DNA of 64,000 bases. Source: an uncultured Thermoplasmata archaeon. GTDB taxonomy: Archaea; Thermoplasmatota; Thermoplasmata; UBA10834. The stretch is taken from NCBI GenBank assembly GCA_963719945.1, contig CAVRDX010000001.1, positions 544,001-608,000 on the forward strand. Direction: 5' to 3'. The stretch's first letter is position 1; every line of letters starts with the position of its first letter. The notes beneath the pieces were generated by a model. That model had not been told where the DNA came from and did not search any database. It saw only the letters and a program-made list of their open reading frames with translations. This document shows, piece after piece, positions 18,985-29,852 of the stretch. A program made the translations under genes and the position numbers.

Positions 18985-20043
18985 ATGCCAGACTCGGTCA
19001 AGATCCTCGTCGTCGATGACAGCGCATATATGCGAGTAGTTCTACGCGACATGTTGGAATCTGAGGAAGGATTGACCGTATTAGATACAGCAAAGGATGG
19101 TATCGATGCGCTCGAGAAGCTGGAGAGCCTACGACCAGACATCGTACTCCTCGACATACAGATGCCTCGGATGGACGGACTCACTACCCTCCAAATGATA
19201 ATGAAGAACAGGCCCACGAGGGTGGTCATGCTGAGCGCGATGGACAAGATAGATGGTCAGCTACCATTGAGAGCATTATCGTTGGGAGCAATCGATTTCA
19301 TTCCCAAGCCAAGCGGAACCATATCAATAGACATAATCAACTACAAGGCCAGGATAGCAAACCATCTCAGGAGCATAGCAGGGGCGAAGCTAGAAGCTCT
19401 TCAGAGAAAGACCGCGACTGTCCGTTTACTCTCGAGTGAATCAGAGAAGACGCCAGACATACATGCCAAGACCAAAGCAATCGTATTTGCCGCATCGACG
19501 GGAGGTCCACGGGCCCTGGAGACGGTGTTCTCCATCCTGCCAAAGAATCTTCCAGCATCGATGTTCATAGTTCAGCATATTCCTTCCGAATTCTCGACAC
19601 TATTCGCCAAGAGGCTCGATGCATTGCTAGGCCCGTCGGTGGAGCTCGCATCAGATCGAGCGTTCGTTGAAACCAATAAGACATATCTAGCGCCTGGCGG
19701 CAGACATCTCATCCTCGAGCCGAAGGAGCGCAAGGGTATCATGATGAAGTTGGATGACGGCCCGCCAGTACAGTTCGTCCGTCCATCTGCGAATATCCTA
19801 TTCGAGAGCGCAGCACGATGCTATGGGCAGAAACTCATGGGAATAGTCCTTACGGGGATGGGGTCAGATGGTGCAAGAGGAGCGGGCATCATCAAGAGAT
19901 ACGGTGGCAGCGTCATCGTCCAGAACGAGGAATCTTCAGTGATGTTCGGCATGGCCAAAGCAACCATAGGAGCGGGTGCTGTAGACGAAGTGTTGCCACT
20001 GGAGGCAATTCCAAGCAGGATCATAGATTTCATCGAGGAGTGA
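18985..20043 (+). CDS. cheB: Chemotaxis methylesterase/response regulator
   Basis: REC domain plus ASTGGP, VQH, LTGMGSDGA. Confidence 0.96.
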   Translation: MPDSVKILVVDDSAYMRVVLRDMLESEEGLTVLDTAKDGIDALEKLESLRPDIVLLDIQMPRMDGLTTLQMIMKNRPTRVVMLSAMDKIDGQLPLRALSLGAIDFIPKPSGTISIDIINYKARIANHLRSIAGAKLEALQRKTATVRLLSSESEKTPDIHAKTKAIVFAASTGGPRALETVFSILPKNLPASMFIVQHIPSEFSTLFAKRLDALLGPSVELASDRAFVETNKTYLAPGGRHLILEPKERKGIMMKLDDGPPVQFVRPSANILFESAARCYGQKLMGIVLTGMGSDGARGAGIIKRYGGSVIVQNEESSVMFGMAKATIGAGAVDEVLPLEAIPSRIIDFIEE

Positions 20044-21968
20044 TACGACTGACAAAGGAGTTCGATCTCAACAAGTACTCGAAGCTCTTCGTGAGCGAAT
20101 CCAGAGAGTACCTCCGTTCACTTAATGAGGCGATGATAGCGCTCGAATCGAACGGGGAAGACAAAGAGCTTATCGATCAGATGTTCAGGGCATGCCATAC
20201 GCTCAAAGGCATGGCAAGCATGATGAATCTCAATCCTATCACTGAGACAGCGCACGCGCTCGAAGATGTTCTCGCTTCCATCAGGGACGGAAAGATGTCA
20301 GTGAATGAAACGGTTATCGAGGGCATATTCAAGGGCATCGACGGACTAGAATCCATGGTCTCCGAGGTCGAACGTACCCTTGATGTCAGCCAGAACCCAG
20401 AGCTAGTCGCCAGACTCAGGACACTAACCACTAAACCCCAGGAAACGAAGAAGGCTCCGAAAAAGAAGGCATCTGCCATCGAAATGAAGGTGTCCTCAAA
20501 AGGAAATGTAATCAACATAAAGCTTGCGCGCAGATGCGCCTTGCCCTCTGCCAGGGCAATAGTGATTATGAAAGAACTCGAGAAGGGCGGATCGATCCTG
20601 AGCATGACCCCGTCCGAGGACGATATCGAGAACGAGCGACCCTTCGATGAGCTAGTCATTGAAGTGGACCCTCTGGAGAACTATGCGGATGTCCTTTCGA
20701 GAATAGCAAATATGACGGATGTTGAGCAGCTCCTCGAAGGAGAGGCTGGCACCCCGAAGAACCAGATGAAGCGAGTGTCCAGGCTGGAGAAGAAAACCAT
20801 GGATGGTCAGGAGATTCCGCTCGTGCAGACAGTGAAAGTGGGGATGGACAAACTGGACGATCTCCTCGACGATGTCGGCGAACTTGTAATCGGCAGAAGC
20901 AGACTGGTCGAGAAAGCAACATCGAGCGAAGATTACGAACTCCAGGAGATATCATCACTGATTGATAATCTCACTTCAGAGATCCAGGCGAAGGTGCTGG
21001 GCATACGCATGATACCCCTTGAGTATGTCATGAGCCGATTCCCTAGGATGGTCCGAGATCTGGCCAAAAGCCAAGAAAAGGAGGTCGAGTTCGTCGTCGA
21101 TGGAGGGAATATCGAGCTCGACAGGACTGTCGTCGATAGGATATCAGAGCCCATAGTCCACATAATCAGAAACGCAATCGATCACGGTATAGAGATGCCC
21201 GATGACAGAGATAAGATCGGCAAGAATCGCAAGGGGCTAATCAGAGTGGTCGCATCCAAGCAGCAGGACCATGTATTGATCGAGATAACGGATGACGGAC
21301 GAGGCTTGGATTTCGATCGAATACGACGGAGTGCTGTGACAAAAGGATTCATGTCCAAGGAGAGGGCAGATGCCGCACTCGGGCGAGAACTGATAGAGCT
21401 CATGTTCCTCCCAGGATTCACCACGAAAACCGAAGTATCAGAAACATCAGGAAGAGGTGTTGGTCTCGATGTCGTCAAGAGAGGTGTCGAGGACCTTGGA
21501 GGCTCCGTGATGATGTCCACCTCGAAAGGGGCTGGTACAACCATCTCTCTCTGGCTACCATTCACCCTGGCGATCATCGACGCAATGATGACATCGATCA
21601 ATGAGCAGATATATGCTGCTCCCATGAGTTCGGTAATCGAATCCCACTCTTTCGAAGCATCTGAGATAAGGCTAATACGCAACAGAGAGGTCGTCCAGCT
21701 GAGGGGCGAGGTGCTCCCTCTTATCGACATGTATAATTTCTTCAATTTGGAGCTTTCACCCAAGAAGGAGAGCATCAACACCCTGATCGTTCAGAGCCGT
21801 GAGAGACGCGCGGCCATCAGGGTCGACGAGCTCATCGGGCATCAGCAGATAGTCGTAAAATCATTGGATAGACGCCTAAGGAATACCAGAGGCATATCTG
21901 GTGGAACGATATTGGGCAGCGGCAAGATAGCGCTCATACTGGATGTAGATTCAATCCTCGGAGACTGA
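20040..21968 (+). CDS. cheA: Chemotaxis histidine kinase
   Basis: FRACHTLKG (Hpt), RNAIDHG, DDGRG, SGRGVGLDVV, C-terminal CheW domain; GTG start overlapping the cheB stop. Confidence 0.96.
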   Translation: MIRLTKEFDLNKYSKLFVSESREYLRSLNEAMIALESNGEDKELIDQMFRACHTLKGMASMMNLNPITETAHALEDVLASIRDGKMSVNETVIEGIFKGIDGLESMVSEVERTLDVSQNPELVARLRTLTTKPQETKKAPKKKASAIEMKVSSKGNVINIKLARRCALPSARAIVIMKELEKGGSILSMTPSEDDIENERPFDELVIEVDPLENYADVLSRIANMTDVEQLLEGEAGTPKNQMKRVSRLEKKTMDGQEIPLVQTVKVGMDKLDDLLDDVGELVIGRSRLVEKATSSEDYELQEISSLIDNLTSEIQAKVLGIRMIPLEYVMSRFPRMVRDLAKSQEKEVEFVVDGGNIELDRTVVDRISEPIVHIIRNAIDHGIEMPDDRDKIGKNRKGLIRVVASKQQDHVLIEITDDGRGLDFDRIRRSAVTKGFMSKERADAALGRELIELMFLPGFTTKTEVSETSGRGVGLDVVKRGVEDLGGSVMMSTSKGAGTTISLWLPFTLAIIDAMMTSINEQIYAAPMSSVIESHSFEASEIRLIRNREVVQLRGEVLPLIDMYNFFNLELSPKKESINTLIVQSRERRAAIRVDELIGHQQIVVKSLDRRLRNTRGISGGTILGSGKIALILDVDSILGD

Positions 21969-21973
21969 TTGAG

Positions 21974-22585
21974 ATGAAGGAGATAGACGAGAGCAAGGTA
22001 TTGGAGATCGTGCGAGAATTTGCCAACGTTGGCGCGGGAAACGCAGCCACTGCACTCGCCGCTCTTCTGGATATCGAAGTCGTGAATGAGGTGACATCAT
22101 GCAATTTCTTGAAATTCTCTGAGGTTGGTGAATGGCTCGGTGGCTCGGATAAGGTCGTCGTCGGTGTTTATACGCAGCTATGTGGTGACCTTCGGGGTGG
22201 AGTATTGGTGGTGCTTTCAGACAAATCAGCTGCAATCCTCATGAAGCACCTGACCAACGAGGAGATCAATCTATCCGATCTATCGCCGATGCACGCATCC
22301 GCTCTCAGGGAGATAGGCAACATATGCCTCTGTTGGTACCTTGTCGCAGTCTCCAAGATGATAGACACTGACCTCATACCAGCACCGCCAGATGTATCCG
22401 TTGACATGCTGGGCGCCATCATCGACCTCCCGCTCGCCAACCTTGACATCGATGTGGATTCTGTCATAGCGGTACACACGATATTCAAGAGCTTCGAGAA
22501 GGAGTTCGACGGATACTTCCTACTCCTTCCTGAGCAGCAGATGCTGGATACGATACTGGAGAAGATGGGAGATACGATGAGATGA
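21974..22585 (+). CDS. cheC: CheY-P phosphatase
   Basis: REFANVGAGNAATAL; SALREIGNI. Confidence 0.92.
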   Translation: MKEIDESKVLEIVREFANVGAGNAATALAALLDIEVVNEVTSCNFLKFSEVGEWLGGSDKVVVGVYTQLCGDLRGGVLVVLSDKSAAILMKHLTNEEINLSDLSPMHASALREIGNICLCWYLVAVSKMIDTDLIPAPPDVSVDMLGAIIDLPLANLDIDVDSVIAVHTIFKSFEKEFDGYFLLLPEQQMLDTILEKMGDTMR

Positions 22586-23058
22586 GAGAACCGATCCTCG
22601 TGGGCATATCGCAATCTGCCGTTGCCAAGGCACCGGAGCTGATATGCTGCATGGGGCTCGGGTCTTGCGTTGCTGTGTTCTTGTATGACCCTCAAATCAA
22701 ACTTGGCGGAGTAGTCCATATCCTACTTCCGAGAGCGCCATTGAGGGTTGAGAACGAAGGCAAATACGCTGACACGGGAGTCAAGAAACTCTTCAGGGAC
22801 ATGATTGCCAAAGGCGCCAAGAAAGACCGAATCAGGGCCAAACTCGTCGGGGGCGCTCAGATGTTCGCAAATCTGAACGTTCAAATCAGCGACATCGGAG
22901 GAGATAACTGCCGCGAGGTCAAGAGGGTACTCAGAGAACTTGGAATCAAGATAATCGCAGAGGACCTTCAGGGGAACAGAGGCAGGTCTGCCACTTTCGA
23001 CCTATTCGATGGACATGTCCTGATCAAGACTGCTTTTGCAGATGCCAGAACAATCTAA
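22582..23058 (+). CDS. cheD: Chemoreceptor glutamine deamidase
   Basis: GLGSCV, HILLP, KYAD, AKLVGGAQMF. Confidence 0.95.
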   Translation: MREPILVGISQSAVAKAPELICCMGLGSCVAVFLYDPQIKLGGVVHILLPRAPLRVENEGKYADTGVKKLFRDMIAKGAKKDRIRAKLVGGAQMFANLNVQISDIGGDNCREVKRVLRELGIKIIAEDLQGNRGRSATFDLFDGHVLIKTAFADARTI

Positions 23059-23115
23059 ACATCATATAAAGTATCACGGGAAAGGCTTTTGTAGATGGAT
23101 CGTCTTGATTACATC

Positions 23116-23439
23116 TGCCAGGAGAAGGCGGATGGCTGACGGTAGACTCGTTCTCAGAACGAGTCGGCTGAGGAAAGTCCCCTCTCCAAGAGAAGGTGGG
23201 CTGCCAGAGCAGCAGGGCGAGAGTCCTGGCAAGGGCACAGAAACGGCACAGCCTTGGGATAATGTGATGATTCCTTTGAGGATGAAGTCTCCCGAGGATT
23301 TGTTGAAACGGCGACACCCCACCGGAGCAAGCTCAAACGGCCGAATCGATTCTCATCGTCGGCGGGTAGAGTGCATTAGTCGAATGCCATCAACCTCGAA
23401 AGAGGCGAACAGAAAGGGGCTTATGTCCTTCACCTGGCA
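23116..23439 (+). ncRNA. rnpB: RNase P RNA (archaeal)
   Basis: GAGGAAAGTCC at about 23170, ACAGAAA, TGAAACGG, GGAGCAAG, ACAGAAAGGGGCTTAT; terminal P1 pairing TGCCAGG.GAAGG/CCTTC.CCTGGCA. Confidence 0.95.
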
Positions 23440-23615
23440 CTTAAACATCTTAAGAGAGTATATCGCACAATTTCTCTCGCTGGCCATCTTCTTGAAGATG
23501 CAATATGAGTAATCCCATGACAATGAGTATGTCATCTCCTCGTGGAAATCATCTATCCGCATGAGTGGCAGCGAAAACCACAATATTTATCATATATTCA
23601 AGGCTACTAGAATCA

Positions 23616-24563
23616 ATGACCCTCTCGTACCGACATCCCGTAGAACAGGATATCGACCTGATAACTTCAATCACGAACATGTCGAGGCGGGAGACTGCGT
23701 ATCATCACGACCTGACACCAGCCGAACGCAATTCTGAGACCTTTGATGACCCTGACTACAATCCGGAAGGTGCTTGGCTGGTCTTCGACGGAACGAGATC
23801 CATTGCATACGGAATCGGAGTCATCGAAGAGGGGAGAATTCAAGCAGGGCTTGACGATGGATGGGTCGAAATTGATGTCATCCCTGAGGCTCGGGGATGC
23901 GGCGCAGAAGAGGAGTTGATGAGACTAGCGCTCGATTACATCAAATCGCGAGGCGTTGGTCGAGCGATGGCAAGGATAGAAGAGACCGAGAGGTGGAAGA
24001 AGGAGCTATACCTTCGGTCCGGATTCAAGAGCGTCCGGCACTTCTATCGACTGGCACGACGAGACAAAGGAGACATTCCACAAAAGGAATTTCCTCCAGC
24101 AATCGATGTGACGCACAGAATGCTCAAAGAGATGTCAGATGACGAGATAGCAGCCTTCACAGAGATTCTGAACGATACTTTCTCAGAACACTTCAGTTTC
24201 GCTCCTGAGCCACCGTGGAGATGGACAAAGTGGAGAGATGTGTGCGATGACCCCTGGATGGTATCTATGGCGAAGAAGTCCTCGAAAACTGTCGCGCTAT
24301 GTGTCGCTGAGGTCCCACTGAGATATAATGCAGATCACAGAATTCAATCTGGATGGATAGACCTACTTGGCGTGACAAAGGTTATGCGAGGACAAGGACT
24401 CGGAACCGCCATGCTTGTGGATGGGATGAAATGGCTCGAAAGCACAGGGCACGATACAATCTTCATTGGGGTCGATGCTGAGAACGATAAAGCTCTCGGC
24501 CTGTACGTATCTCTAGGTTTCAATGTCGAGAACGAGAACCAGGTATACGAGCTGGTCTTCTAG
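23616..24563 (+). CDS. Tandem GNAT acetyltransferase
   Basis: Two acetyl-CoA motifs (ARGCGAEE; MRGQGLG); VDAENDKALGLYVSLGF. Confidence 0.88.
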   Translation: MTLSYRHPVEQDIDLITSITNMSRRETAYHHDLTPAERNSETFDDPDYNPEGAWLVFDGTRSIAYGIGVIEEGRIQAGLDDGWVEIDVIPEARGCGAEEELMRLALDYIKSRGVGRAMARIEETERWKKELYLRSGFKSVRHFYRLARRDKGDIPQKEFPPAIDVTHRMLKEMSDDEIAAFTEILNDTFSEHFSFAPEPPWRWTKWRDVCDDPWMVSMAKKSSKTVALCVAEVPLRYNADHRIQSGWIDLLGVTKVMRGQGLGTAMLVDGMKWLESTGHDTIFIGVDAENDKALGLYVSLGFNVENENQVYELVF

Positions 24564-24734
24564 GCATAGAATAATGCATCCCTTGATGATTCTGCGACAC
24601 TCAGCTTATGCGAAGCTGGGGATTGCCATCCACAATAAGGCAGAAGAAGATCAATTCCCGTTGATTGGATTCTACTCTAGAAATGAATTCCCCATTGGCA
24701 ACATCGACCCGTGCTGCCATTGATAGGAATGAGA

Positions 24735-25817
24735 TTAGTACATCTTCGAGTAGAACGCCAGCATCATCAGTGCGGTCACCGTGATCCATTGGTCATCGAT
24801 CATGTGAGGCCGCATCGACCTGTACCAAAACCCATCATTTCGCCTCATTCCAATCAGCCATCGGATAGCCTTCTCCATCCTAGGATCATCAGGGCCGAAT
24901 CCCATATACTCAAGGCAGTCTATCGCAGTCAATCCGCACCCATAGTAAACTGGAAATTTCAGCATAGTCCAGTTCTTCTCGGAATAGTAGAAATTGGTGT
25001 GATAGTTGCGCTTGAAGAAACTATTCAGCAGGAAATCGCCACCCGATTTGAATTTTTTGTTTTGACGGAGCGAATCATCCCAATTGAGCCCTCTTAGAGC
25101 TCCCAAGGTACTCCAGATGCAGCTGGGTATAGCTCTAGACTCCTCTGCTGTGCACGCGGCTACCTCACCGCTCTTTACCTTCGCTATGAAATCAGCGATA
25201 GGCAAGTGCTTGTACTCATCACGATACCTTGCGTCCTGAAGAAACGGGATGTTCCATCCACCGTCATGCCTTTGGTTCTTTATGATCCACTGGACAAGCT
25301 TTCCGACTCGTGGGTCGCGTTCCTTCTTAAATCGGTACAGCACGCACATGGCGAGGCCATTCCGTGCTGGACGGGGGAGCAAGTCCTGCTCAGGGCCCTG
25401 TATATACCCATCCTCATGCTGCCATTCGAGTATCCGCTCTAGGGCGTTGTCAGTATAACCCGTCCCTGGTGGCGTGAAGTATTCGAACAGAAGATACAGG
25501 TTTCGCATTACCATCGTCGAGGTCCAGCCAACCGGAGGCCCAGGTCCTGCGCCCTCATCAATCATCCGCTGTTTCGATATCGGCCAGGTACCATCCTCCC
25601 GGAGAGTATTCAGCAGTTTGACTCGCGGAGGATAGTGTTCGCATTCAGCAAGCGCTTTCTGATAAGCGGAATCCTCTCGACCCTTATACAAGACACCGTC
25701 CAAAAGCCAACATCGTACCGGAGGTATGGATACCTGATACAACTTTCGAGACGATTCCTCGATTATCCTATCAATCTCGTTCTTTAGCCCCACCACAACC
25801 ATCAAATGTGACTGCAT
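24735..25817 (-). CDS. Prenyltransferase/squalene cyclase-repeat (alpha-alpha barrel) protein
   Basis: QW-like repeats LREDGTW, QHEDGY, QRHDGGW, RRNDGFW; start uncertain. Confidence 0.7.
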   Translation of the reverse strand: MQSHLMVVVGLKNEIDRIIEESSRKLYQVSIPPVRCWLLDGVLYKGREDSAYQKALAECEHYPPRVKLLNTLREDGTWPISKQRMIDEGAGPGPPVGWTSTMVMRNLYLLFEYFTPPGTGYTDNALERILEWQHEDGYIQGPEQDLLPRPARNGLAMCVLYRFKKERDPRVGKLVQWIIKNQRHDGGWNIPFLQDARYRDEYKHLPIADFIAKVKSGEVAACTAEESRAIPSCIWSTLGALRGLNWDDSLRQNKKFKSGGDFLLNSFFKRNYHTNFYYSEKNWTMLKFPVYYGCGLTAIDCLEYMGFGPDDPRMEKAIRWLIGMRRNDGFWYRSMRPHMIDDQWITVTALMMLAFYSKMY

Positions 25818-25943
25818 ATGAATCAATCTTGCGGTCAATATTCGAGTGGCCATCGAATTCAAGGAGATCTCTTGGGACAAAGAGACATAGGCTAGAAGAA
25901 GAAGACTGCTTGCCATCGCAATTGAGCCAGGCAACGACCGCAC

Positions 25944-26894
25944 TTAGCGCCTGAGACTCTTCCCGTATGCCATATTGCGATACTGGACCTCGAATCCCAG
26001 CGATTGGTATAGACCAAAGGCTGTCGGGTTTTCGGTATCGACACCGATGTAGACGTTCTCAATGCCCCGAGTCATAAGCCAATGAACACCATCGGCTATC
26101 AATGCTCGTCCTATTCCTCGTCGCCTATGAACTTCGCGAACGCCACCGAGCAGTATCCAACCCTCCTTATTTGCTCTTTCCCTGTTCAGGACCTTGCTGT
26201 CTTCCGTGAGAAATGCACCGACACAATTTCCGTCAACAGAGGCATATGTTACTCGGAAAGTGTCCTGCGAAGTATCCCGGATATTCATCAGCCTGCTTGG
26301 TGGATATGGCTCATAGTTGAATTGTCCTTTGAAAGTCTCTGTCACAATATCGGCAAAGAGCTCAATTTCGTCGTCAGAGCAATCAGTAAGCAGTCGTCCA
26401 TCAAGCGTGCATCCTGTAGGTGGAGATATCCTCGCGAGATTCTCTACATTTTTGGCGAGCATCGAATTGAATACACGCACCATTTGATATCCAGAACCTT
26501 GAAGCAAGTTGATCCTCCAATCATCATCCTCAGTCGAAGATGCCCTAGCGAACATGATGCCCTTGTCGACCATGTAGCTCTCAGCCCGCCGCACTAGTTC
26601 CTCTTCCACACCTTTTCCGCGATATTCTGGAGAAACCTCTATCTTCGCATATCCTTCCTTCTTCCCTAATGCGAGCTTGCCATGGGCTATGAATGCCTCA
26701 CCATATGCAATCGCTTTGCCACCTGAGAGCGCTAGCCATGCTCCAGAGGGATCAAAATCCTCATCATCCATTGTCTCTGCTGCAACTTCATCTGCAGTCA
26801 TCTCCCTCTGGAAAGGGATCCCTCTTCGAGACTGGTTCAGGACCCTAGTGATCTTCCGAAGATCTGCCCTGCGGACATTCCTATATTCGACCAT
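25944..26894 (-). CDS. Tandem GNAT acetyltransferase (paralog of 23616-24563)
   Basis: YRGKGVEE; HRRRGIG; VDTENPTAFGLYQSLGF. Confidence 0.88.
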   Translation of the reverse strand: MVEYRNVRRADLRKITRVLNQSRRGIPFQREMTADEVAAETMDDEDFDPSGAWLALSGGKAIAYGEAFIAHGKLALGKKEGYAKIEVSPEYRGKGVEEELVRRAESYMVDKGIMFARASSTEDDDWRINLLQGSGYQMVRVFNSMLAKNVENLARISPPTGCTLDGRLLTDCSDDEIELFADIVTETFKGQFNYEPYPPSRLMNIRDTSQDTFRVTYASVDGNCVGAFLTEDSKVLNRERANKEGWILLGGVREVHRRRGIGRALIADGVHWLMTRGIENVYIGVDTENPTAFGLYQSLGFEVQYRNMAYGKSLRR

Positions 26895-27092
26895 CGATTC
26901 GTCCCAACCCACGAATCCGTGCCTTTGATTGAAGCGTAGTCTGAATCATAAGTCTGTCGACAATGTCGCAAATAGGGAATGCTGCGACATAATCAGCTAC
27001 TGACACCATGATTAATCATGTCTCCTGCAAAAGAGAATGACGATTTCCCAGATTACATCTGGGAATATCGCACTGACAGCTCCTATTATAAC

Positions 27093-28259
27093 CTAGTTGT
27101 ATTCATCCAGGAACGACCACCAGCCAGTGTCTCTCGCGAATGCAACCTCTGTGTAGGCATCTGCATAGTAATTCCAATCTCCGCCCCAACCCCACCATAG
27201 AGTCAGGCCGCGGCTGTCTTCCGCATATTTTCCACCCCATACATCTAGTATGGAACCATCGATCGCGGATACCATTTCCGATGTCGCGCTTCTGAAGTCA
27301 GTGTCCGTCACCAAGGAATCCGCCAGCAAAATATCCCCTAGATCCGCCATATCGACATGATAGTGCGTCGCCCATGCACAATATGCATCGTTCAATGCCT
27401 GTTTGTAATTGGTCGCATACACGGGCAGATAGGAGCGCATCGCGTCCACCCACTCACAGAACACCGATGAGGATTCTGAAATCGCTGTGATATTCACAGC
27501 AGATAACCCCACGGTTGTAGCCCATGTCTGTGGTGCATAGAATGCTTCGAATCCTTCGACCATATCGACTGCCATCTGTGCGGGTGTTCTAGTCGCATCC
27601 AGCGCTGTGGGCATCAACATAAGGTCATAGGGGAATCCGGTCGTCGGGACGGATTCCTCCGAGCCAACCATTATCCCAACAAGCCCAGTCAGAGACAACT
27701 GATAGGCGACCTCAACGGCAGCCATGTTGCAGGCATCGAATGAAAGCACATCGATATAGACACCTGCGTTCTCGATTGCCATCTGAAGCTCTGGCATCGA
27801 TATCCTGCTGCCAGATGTTGTGTCATCGCTTATGTATCTCCAGGCATAACCATGATCCCATGCTGTAACTGCAAGCTTATCGGAAGGATATCGGGATGAG
27901 ACCTCTTCGAGGAACCATTCGAAAGTCGCGCCATCACCGAAATCCATCTCAGGGTAGCTAGCGACCACATTCCAGGTACTCCCAGATATCTCGATGACCT
28001 CCGTCCCCTCAGTGCTCAACCGGTCCATTATAGCAACGATATGGAACATATCATTGGCTGGTAGGTTGAGAAGAGATGGAAGGCTACTGTCGTCCCAGAA
28101 TCGCTCCAGGCTGTTGTCTCCGCTCACGTACACGGCGTAGGTCCACGATTCTGTCTCAGCCCACTTCAGCCCCGTATGGTTCGCCAGGGACACCCCGGGC
28201 ACAATCATAATTCCAATCGTAGCTAGACAAACACACCAGACCACCCAACGTCTCTGCAT
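27093..28259 (-). CDS. Secreted clostripain-family (C11) cysteine peptidase
   Basis: Signal peptide; VYVSGDNSLE, WDHG (His), FDACNM (Cys), GSEE. Confidence 0.9.
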   Translation of the reverse strand: MQRRWVVWCVCLATIGIMIVPGVSLANHTGLKWAETESWTYAVYVSGDNSLERFWDDSSLPSLLNLPANDMFHIVAIMDRLSTEGTEVIEISGSTWNVVASYPEMDFGDGATFEWFLEEVSSRYPSDKLAVTAWDHGYAWRYISDDTTSGSRISMPELQMAIENAGVYIDVLSFDACNMAAVEVAYQLSLTGLVGIMVGSEESVPTTGFPYDLMLMPTALDATRTPAQMAVDMVEGFEAFYAPQTWATTVGLSAVNITAISESSSVFCEWVDAMRSYLPVYATNYKQALNDAYCAWATHYHVDMADLGDILLADSLVTDTDFRSATSEMVSAIDGSILDVWGGKYAEDSRGLTLWWGWGGDWNYYADAYTEVAFARDTGWWSFLDEYN

Positions 28260-28475
28260 GCTATTCTTCCCCCGTCGAAGCCCGATCGTGGAATGCACGC
28301 CGGGCAATAACACCATGATAATGGTTCTCATTGTATTAGAATACCAATGGCATTCAGCGATTGAGGATGCATACTGACTTATCTGTCCATCCCCTTGATC
28401 AAACCTCTGTGAAATCATCGATCAATCACACGGCAATCATTCGACCCTCAAGATGAATAACTTTAATCAAGTGAT

Positions 28476-29852
28476 CTAGCTGACTCTTACCCGCCCGCGG
28501 CTCAACGATGCCAACGTCCCTATGAAACAAAGGATCGAGAATGTGATGAAAGCAGGCTGGAAAGCATTCAAGAATTGTGGAGCGAGGTCCGATGCCAATT
28601 CTTGGCTGCCCAGGTAGATGGATATGAATATCGTGGCGATGCCCAGGCTAAGAACCTGACCGACCAGTCTCATAGTGCCCACAGAAGCTGAAGCGGTCCC
28701 GAACTGTCTCCGATCTACAGAACTCATTATCGCATTCGTGTTCGGAGACGAGAACAGAGCGAATCCAAACCCCAAGAAACCCAGCACGACGACCATCATC
28801 CATACGGGGGTACCACTATCGAATAATGAAATCAATGCAAGACCGATAGCTGTGATGAACATGCCCGTGGATGCGATTACGCGCGGTTCGATCACATCAG
28901 ATAGTCGTCCTGCCAAAGGTGAGAATAGAGCCATCACGACCATCTGAGACACCAGTATCATCCCAGTCTGCTCGGGGCTGTAACCTCTCACATACTGCAG
29001 ATAGAGACTGACGAGAAAGCTAACTCCGAACGTGGCGGAATAATTTATCAAAGCTGCAAGATTGGAGAATGCGAACACTCTGTTCCGACTGAAAAGTCGC
29101 ATATCGAATACAGGACTTGCATGGCGCATTTCCCATGCGATGAATACCATCAAGATGATTGAACCCGCGATTGTCAGAGCAAGTCCCAGAGGTTCCCTCA
29201 AGAAGGTGAACCCGATGATGACTGCTGTAATGGCAATCACATAGAATAGAGAGCCCACATGGTCGAACTCCTCCCCGCGAGCCTCGTACCAGTCCCCGAT
29301 TAGTTTCTTTGAGCCAATCCAAATCACCGCTGCTATTCCTGGAATTATCACCAAAAATATGCTTCTCCATCCTAGATAGCTGGTCAGAAAACCTCCCAGG
29401 ACGGGCCCCAGTGCACCTCCAATGTAGACCACTGACACAGTCATGCCCAGAGCCTTTCCTCTCTCCTGTGCGGGGTAGACGGAGGTCAGCAAGGCTATCG
29501 ACGTCCCGAAGATCATGGCGGCACCGATACCTTGGAACCATCTGAACGCTATGAGCATGACTGAAGATGGAGCAAATGCACAAAGGGTGGAAGCGAGAGC
29601 GAACACCCACATACCCGCGATGAATATCTTCTTCCGACCACGGATATCAGCCAGTCTACCCAAGGGGACTAGGAACGTAGCGGCTGCAAGCAAATAGGAA
29701 GTTGCGACCCAACTAAGCATCACTGCACTCATGCTGAATTCATCACCGATGGTCGGCAAGGCCACATTTATCGATGACCCCATGAATGGCGTAAGAAACG
29801 AGCTGAGCATCGCCATTGCCAATGCATAGCGCTTGACATCACCTTGATTCAG
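28476..29852 (-). CDS. MFS transporter, DHA2/EmrB-like
   Basis: SSINVALP, GRLADIRGRK, RWFQGIG, FSSPN; start ambiguous (CTG 29852 or TTG 29822). Confidence 0.93.
   Translation of the reverse strand: MNQGDVKRYALAMAMLSSFLTPFMGSSINVALPTIGDEFSMSAVMLSWVATSYLLAAATFLVPLGRLADIRGRKKIFIAGMWVFALASTLCAFAPSSVMLIAFRWFQGIGAAMIFGTSIALLTSVYPAQERGKALGMTVSVVYIGGALGPVLGGFLTSYLGWRSIFLVIIPGIAAVIWIGSKKLIGDWYEARGEEFDHVGSLFYVIAITAVIIGFTFLREPLGLALTIAGSIILMVFIAWEMRHASPVFDMRLFSRNRVFAFSNLAALINYSATFGVSFLVSLYLQYVRGYSPEQTGMILVSQMVVMALFSPLAGRLSDVIEPRVIASTGMFITAIGLALISLFDSGTPVWMMVVVLGFLGFGFALFSSPNTNAIMSSVDRRQFGTASASVGTMRLVGQVLSLGIATIFISIYLGSQELASDLAPQFLNAFQPAFITFSILCFIGTLASLSRGRVRVS

Noticed and set aside
19818-20039. N-terminal extension of CheA
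   Set aside because: Overlaps cheB; GTG 20040 gives the usual 4-nt stop/start overlap.
23024-23583. ORFs 23036-23512, 23074-23322 and others in this region
   Set aside because: They overlap the RNase P RNA gene and are spurious.
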